DNA of 64,000 nucleotides from Escherichia coli (GTDB lineage Bacteria; Pseudomonadota; Gammaproteobacteria; Enterobacterales; Enterobacteriaceae): NCBI RefSeq assembly GCF_030384885.1, contig NZ_CP128613.1; one strand, 5' to 3'. Shown piece by piece: positions 61,375 to 64,000 of this stretch (position 1 is its first letter; each line of letters starts with the position of its first letter). The notes under the pieces were generated by a model. It saw only the letters and a program-made list of their open reading frames with translations, ran no database searches and was not told where the DNA came from. The position numbers and the translations under genes were made by a program.

Positions 61375-61767
61375 TTATTCTGATTCATCTATGTCGAGAC
61401 GAGCAAGGAAATGACGAATTCCTTCACGTGACAAAAATTGCGCAACTTTTTCCTGCTCACTGTGAGTCATGTTGTCTATTGCGCTGATGATTTGCCGATA
61501 AGCGGGAGTGCGAATCCCCGGTGCATATTCGGCAAGGGGTTCTTCGGCTTCCAGAAGCATCGGCGTGTTATGGAAGGCTGGTGTATTCTGAATAAACTCG
61601 CAAACTTGCGTATCGATCAGAATAAGTCTGGCGCGACCGCCTTTCACGCCGGGAAATTTTTCCGTTTTCCAGCCTTTCTCTCTGATCCAACGGTTAACAG
61701 TTTGTTTAGCCACACCGAGGCATTCCGCCAGTTCTTCGGTGGTCATTTTATTGCGTAATCTTTTCAT
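61375..61767 (-). CDS. yfeD: Putative DNA-binding protein YfeD (DUF1323)
   Basis: 130-aa ORF; N-terminus MKRLRNKMTTEELAECLGVAKQTVNRWIREKGW is paralogous to the adjacent yfeC. Confidence 0.8.
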   Translation of the reverse strand: MKRLRNKMTTEELAECLGVAKQTVNRWIREKGWKTEKFPGVKGGRARLILIDTQVCEFIQNTPAFHNTPMLLEAEEPLAEYAPGIRTPAYRQIISAIDNMTHSEQEKVAQFLSREGIRHFLARLDIDESE

Positions 61768-61768
61768 A

Positions 61769-62128
61769 TTATTTGCTATCGCGAATCCCTAAGCGTTGTA
61801 ATAACCCGATAATCCCTTCCCGCAGAAGCAAGGATGTAAACTGTTTTTGTTCAACTGGCGTCATCTCTTTCGCCAGTGTCACCAGTAACACTTCAAGCGG
61901 CGTATCACCAGACAGGGCAGGTGCTTCTCCCTGACCTTCCGGACGTTCAGCATTGCGAATATATTCACGAACCTGTTCATTGACGTGAACCAGTCTGGCT
62001 TTGCCACCCTGGACGCCTGGTTTTGGTGACGTCGTCCAGCCTTCCTTGCGTACCCATTTATTAATGGTCTGACGGCTATAACCGGTCAGTCTGGCAAGTT
62101 CATCTGGCGTCATCCTCTCCTTGAACAT
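61769..62128 (-). CDS. yfeC: Putative DNA-binding protein YfeC (DUF1323)
   Basis: 119-aa ORF; MFKERMTPDELARLTGYSRQTINKWVRKEGW, paralogous to yfeD. Confidence 0.8.
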   Translation of the reverse strand: MFKERMTPDELARLTGYSRQTINKWVRKEGWTTSPKPGVQGGKARLVHVNEQVREYIRNAERPEGQGEAPALSGDTPLEVLLVTLAKEMTPVEQKQFTSLLLREGIIGLLQRLGIRDSK

Positions 62129-62348
62129 AACAATTCCCTGAATGTATGTAGGTCTATTAGCGGTTCATTTTATAACACCACTTTACAGGAAACCGTGACA
62201 TGAATAACTACTGAATGCGAGCGGTTTTCCAAAATTGTTCATTTGCCTGATTTTTCAGCGATTGAAACTACACGCTGCAATTTGCCGTTGACACATTCGG
62301 GCGGAATTCATATGATGCCGCCCGTCAACTCGACAAGCTTTACGTGAT

Positions 62349-62424
<76 letters not shown>

Positions 62425-62463
62425 AATTTTGCACCCAGCAAATTTGGTACGTAAACGACTCGT

Positions 62464-62539
<76 letters not shown>

Positions 62540-62548
62540 AATTTCAAA

Positions 62549-62574
62549 CCCTCGCTGTAAAGCGGGGGTTTTTT
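62549..62574 (+). terminator. Hairpin plus T-tract after the tRNA-Ala pair
   Basis: ccctcgct-gtaa-agcggggg-tttttt. Confidence 0.6.
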
Positions 62575-62745
62575 GTCTCTGCCTTTTGCCGCTTTTGTAA
62601 TACAGTCTACATCCTGGCAGTGCCGTGTGGTGAATGCATCACTGACTGAAAAAACAGCAACAGGCTGGCCCCTGTTTGCTTCGCGATGCGAATAAACTTA
62701 TTATTTGTGTGCCTGAAAACCCCGATCAGTGAGAGTAGTGTACTC

Positions 62746-64000
62746 ATGTTTGTGGAGCATAACCTGATAAAAAATATCAAGATATTCACACTAGCGTTTA
62801 CGCTCACCGTGGTACTTATTCAGCTATCCCGTTTTATTTCGCCACTTGCCGTTATCCATTCCAGTTATATCTTTTTGGCGTGGATGCCACTGTGCGTAAT
62901 GCTGGCAATCTTGTTTATCTTTGGCTGGCGCGGTGTCGTTCCTGTTTTAGGCGGGATGTTTTGCACCAATCTGTGGAATTTTCATCTCTCTTTTTTACAG
63001 AACTCCGTCATGCTCGGCAGCCAGACGTTTGCAGTCCTGTGTGCCTGTGCAATATTACGCTGGCAATTGGGAACGCGTTGGCGTTATGGTTTGACCAGCC
63101 GATACGTCTGGCAACGTCTCTTCTGGCTTGGTTTGGTGGCACCGATTGGCATCAAATGCAGCATGTATCTTGTGGGGAATTTCTTTGATTTTCCGCTAAA
63201 GATATCTACCTTTTTCGGCGATGCGGATGCCATTTTCACGGTCGTTGATTTGCTAAGCCTTTTCACCGCAGTGCTGATTTACAACATGCTGTTTTACTAT
63301 CTCACCCGCATGATTGTAAGTCCCCACTTTGCGCAGATCCTGTGGCGCAGGGATATCGCTCCGTCGTTGAGCAAAGAGAAACGCGTATTTACCTTAAGCT
63401 GGCTGGCAGCTCTTAGCGTGCTGCTACTTCTGATGTGTACACCGTATGAAAATGACTTCATTGCCGGTTACCTGGTACCTGTTTTCTTTATCATCTTTAC
63501 CCTCGGGGTCGGTAAGCTTCGCTATCCGTTTTTAAATCTCACCTGGGCTGTTTCAACGCTTTGCCTTCTGAATTACAACCAGAACTTTTTGCAAGGGGTA
63601 CAAACCGAATATTCGCTGGCATTTATTCTCGCGGTGCTGATTTCCTTTAGTGTTTGCCTGCTCTATATGGTGCGCATTTATCATCGTAGTGAATGGCTTA
63701 ACCGACGCTGGCATTTGCAGGCGCTGACCGATCCGTTAACGCTCTTACCCAACTTTCGCGCGTTGGAACAAGCACCAGAGCAAGAGGCTGGCAAGAGTTT
63801 TTGCTGCCTGCGTATTGATAACCTTGAGTTTATGAGTCGTCATTACGGGTTAATGATGCGCGTTCACTGTATCCGCTCAATTTACCGTACGTTAATGCCG
63901 CTGATGCAGGAAAACGAAAAGTTGTATCAATTGCCGGGGAGTGAACTGCTATTAGTACTGAGCGGGCCGGAAACGGAAGGGCGACTCCAGCATATGGTTA
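62746..64000 (+). CDS. pdeA: Membrane-anchored c-di-GMP signalling protein (MASE1 + GGDEF/EAL type), N-terminal part; gene continues beyond window
   Basis: My own translation from ATG 62746 is stop-free to the window end (not in track because there is no stop); hydrophobic multi-helix N-terminus then ...LTDPLTLLPNFRALE... typical of a GGDEF-domain start; K-12 synteny (yfeA). Confidence 0.7.
   Translation, partial: MFVEHNLIKNIKIFTLAFTLTVVLIQLSRFISPLAVIHSSYIFLAWMPLCVMLAILFIFGWRGVVPVLGGMFCTNLWNFHLSFLQNSVMLGSQTFAVLCACAILRWQLGTRWRYGLTSRYVWQRLFWLGLVAPIGIKCSMYLVGNFFDFPLKISTFFGDADAIFTVVDLLSLFTAVLIYNMLFYYLTRMIVSPHFAQILWRRDIAPSLSKEKRVFTLSWLAALSVLLLLMCTPYENDFIAGYLVPVFFIIFTLGVGKLRYPFLNLTWAVSTLCLLNYNQNFLQGVQTEYSLAFILAVLISFSVCLLYMVRIYHRSEWLNRRWHLQALTDPLTLLPNFRALEQAPEQEAGKSFCCLRIDNLEFMSRHYGLMMRVHCIRSIYRTLMPLMQENEKLYQLPGSELLLVLSGPETEGRLQHMV

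Overview
This window is a chromosomal segment of an Escherichia coli-like enterobacterium, gene-for-gene colinear (in reverse orientation) with the K-12 region from aegA to yfeA. Gene names and the K-12 comparison come from my recollection of protein sequences and K-12 gene order; no database search was run. In order: aegA (3' part), nudK, ypfG, tktB-talA, maeB, a complete 17-gene ethanolamine-utilisation (eut) operon eutSPQTDMNEJGHABCLKR, a ~3.8-kb accessory islet, hemF-amiA, ypeA, yfeZYX, yfeW-murPQ/murR, ucpA, cysPUWAM, yfeK, pdxK, crr-ptsIH, cysK, cysZ, zipA, ligA, ypeB, yfeH, yfeR, yfeN, xapAB-xapR, the lysV-valYXU tRNA cluster, gltX, yfeDC, two tRNA-Ala genes and the start of yfeA/pdeA. 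The eut operon is not interrupted by a prophage between eutA and eutB, but eutH carries an in-frame amber stop. The main candidate for something new is the islet between eutR and hemF (23736-27588), which K-12 lacks: five ORFs of no function I can recognise, including a Sel1-repeat gene broken by an in-frame stop, a secreted Asp-box protein, an AT-rich orphan and a Cys-rich protein with a YwqG/DUF1963-like C-terminus. I could not assign it a function, and I see no integrase, transposase, CRISPR array or recognisable defence or toxin genes anywhere in the window. Other points worth a second look are REP/BIME clusters, a 14-bp x4 tandem repeat, a duplicated tRNA-Lys 3'-end/terminator fragment, and a possible absence of yfeS.
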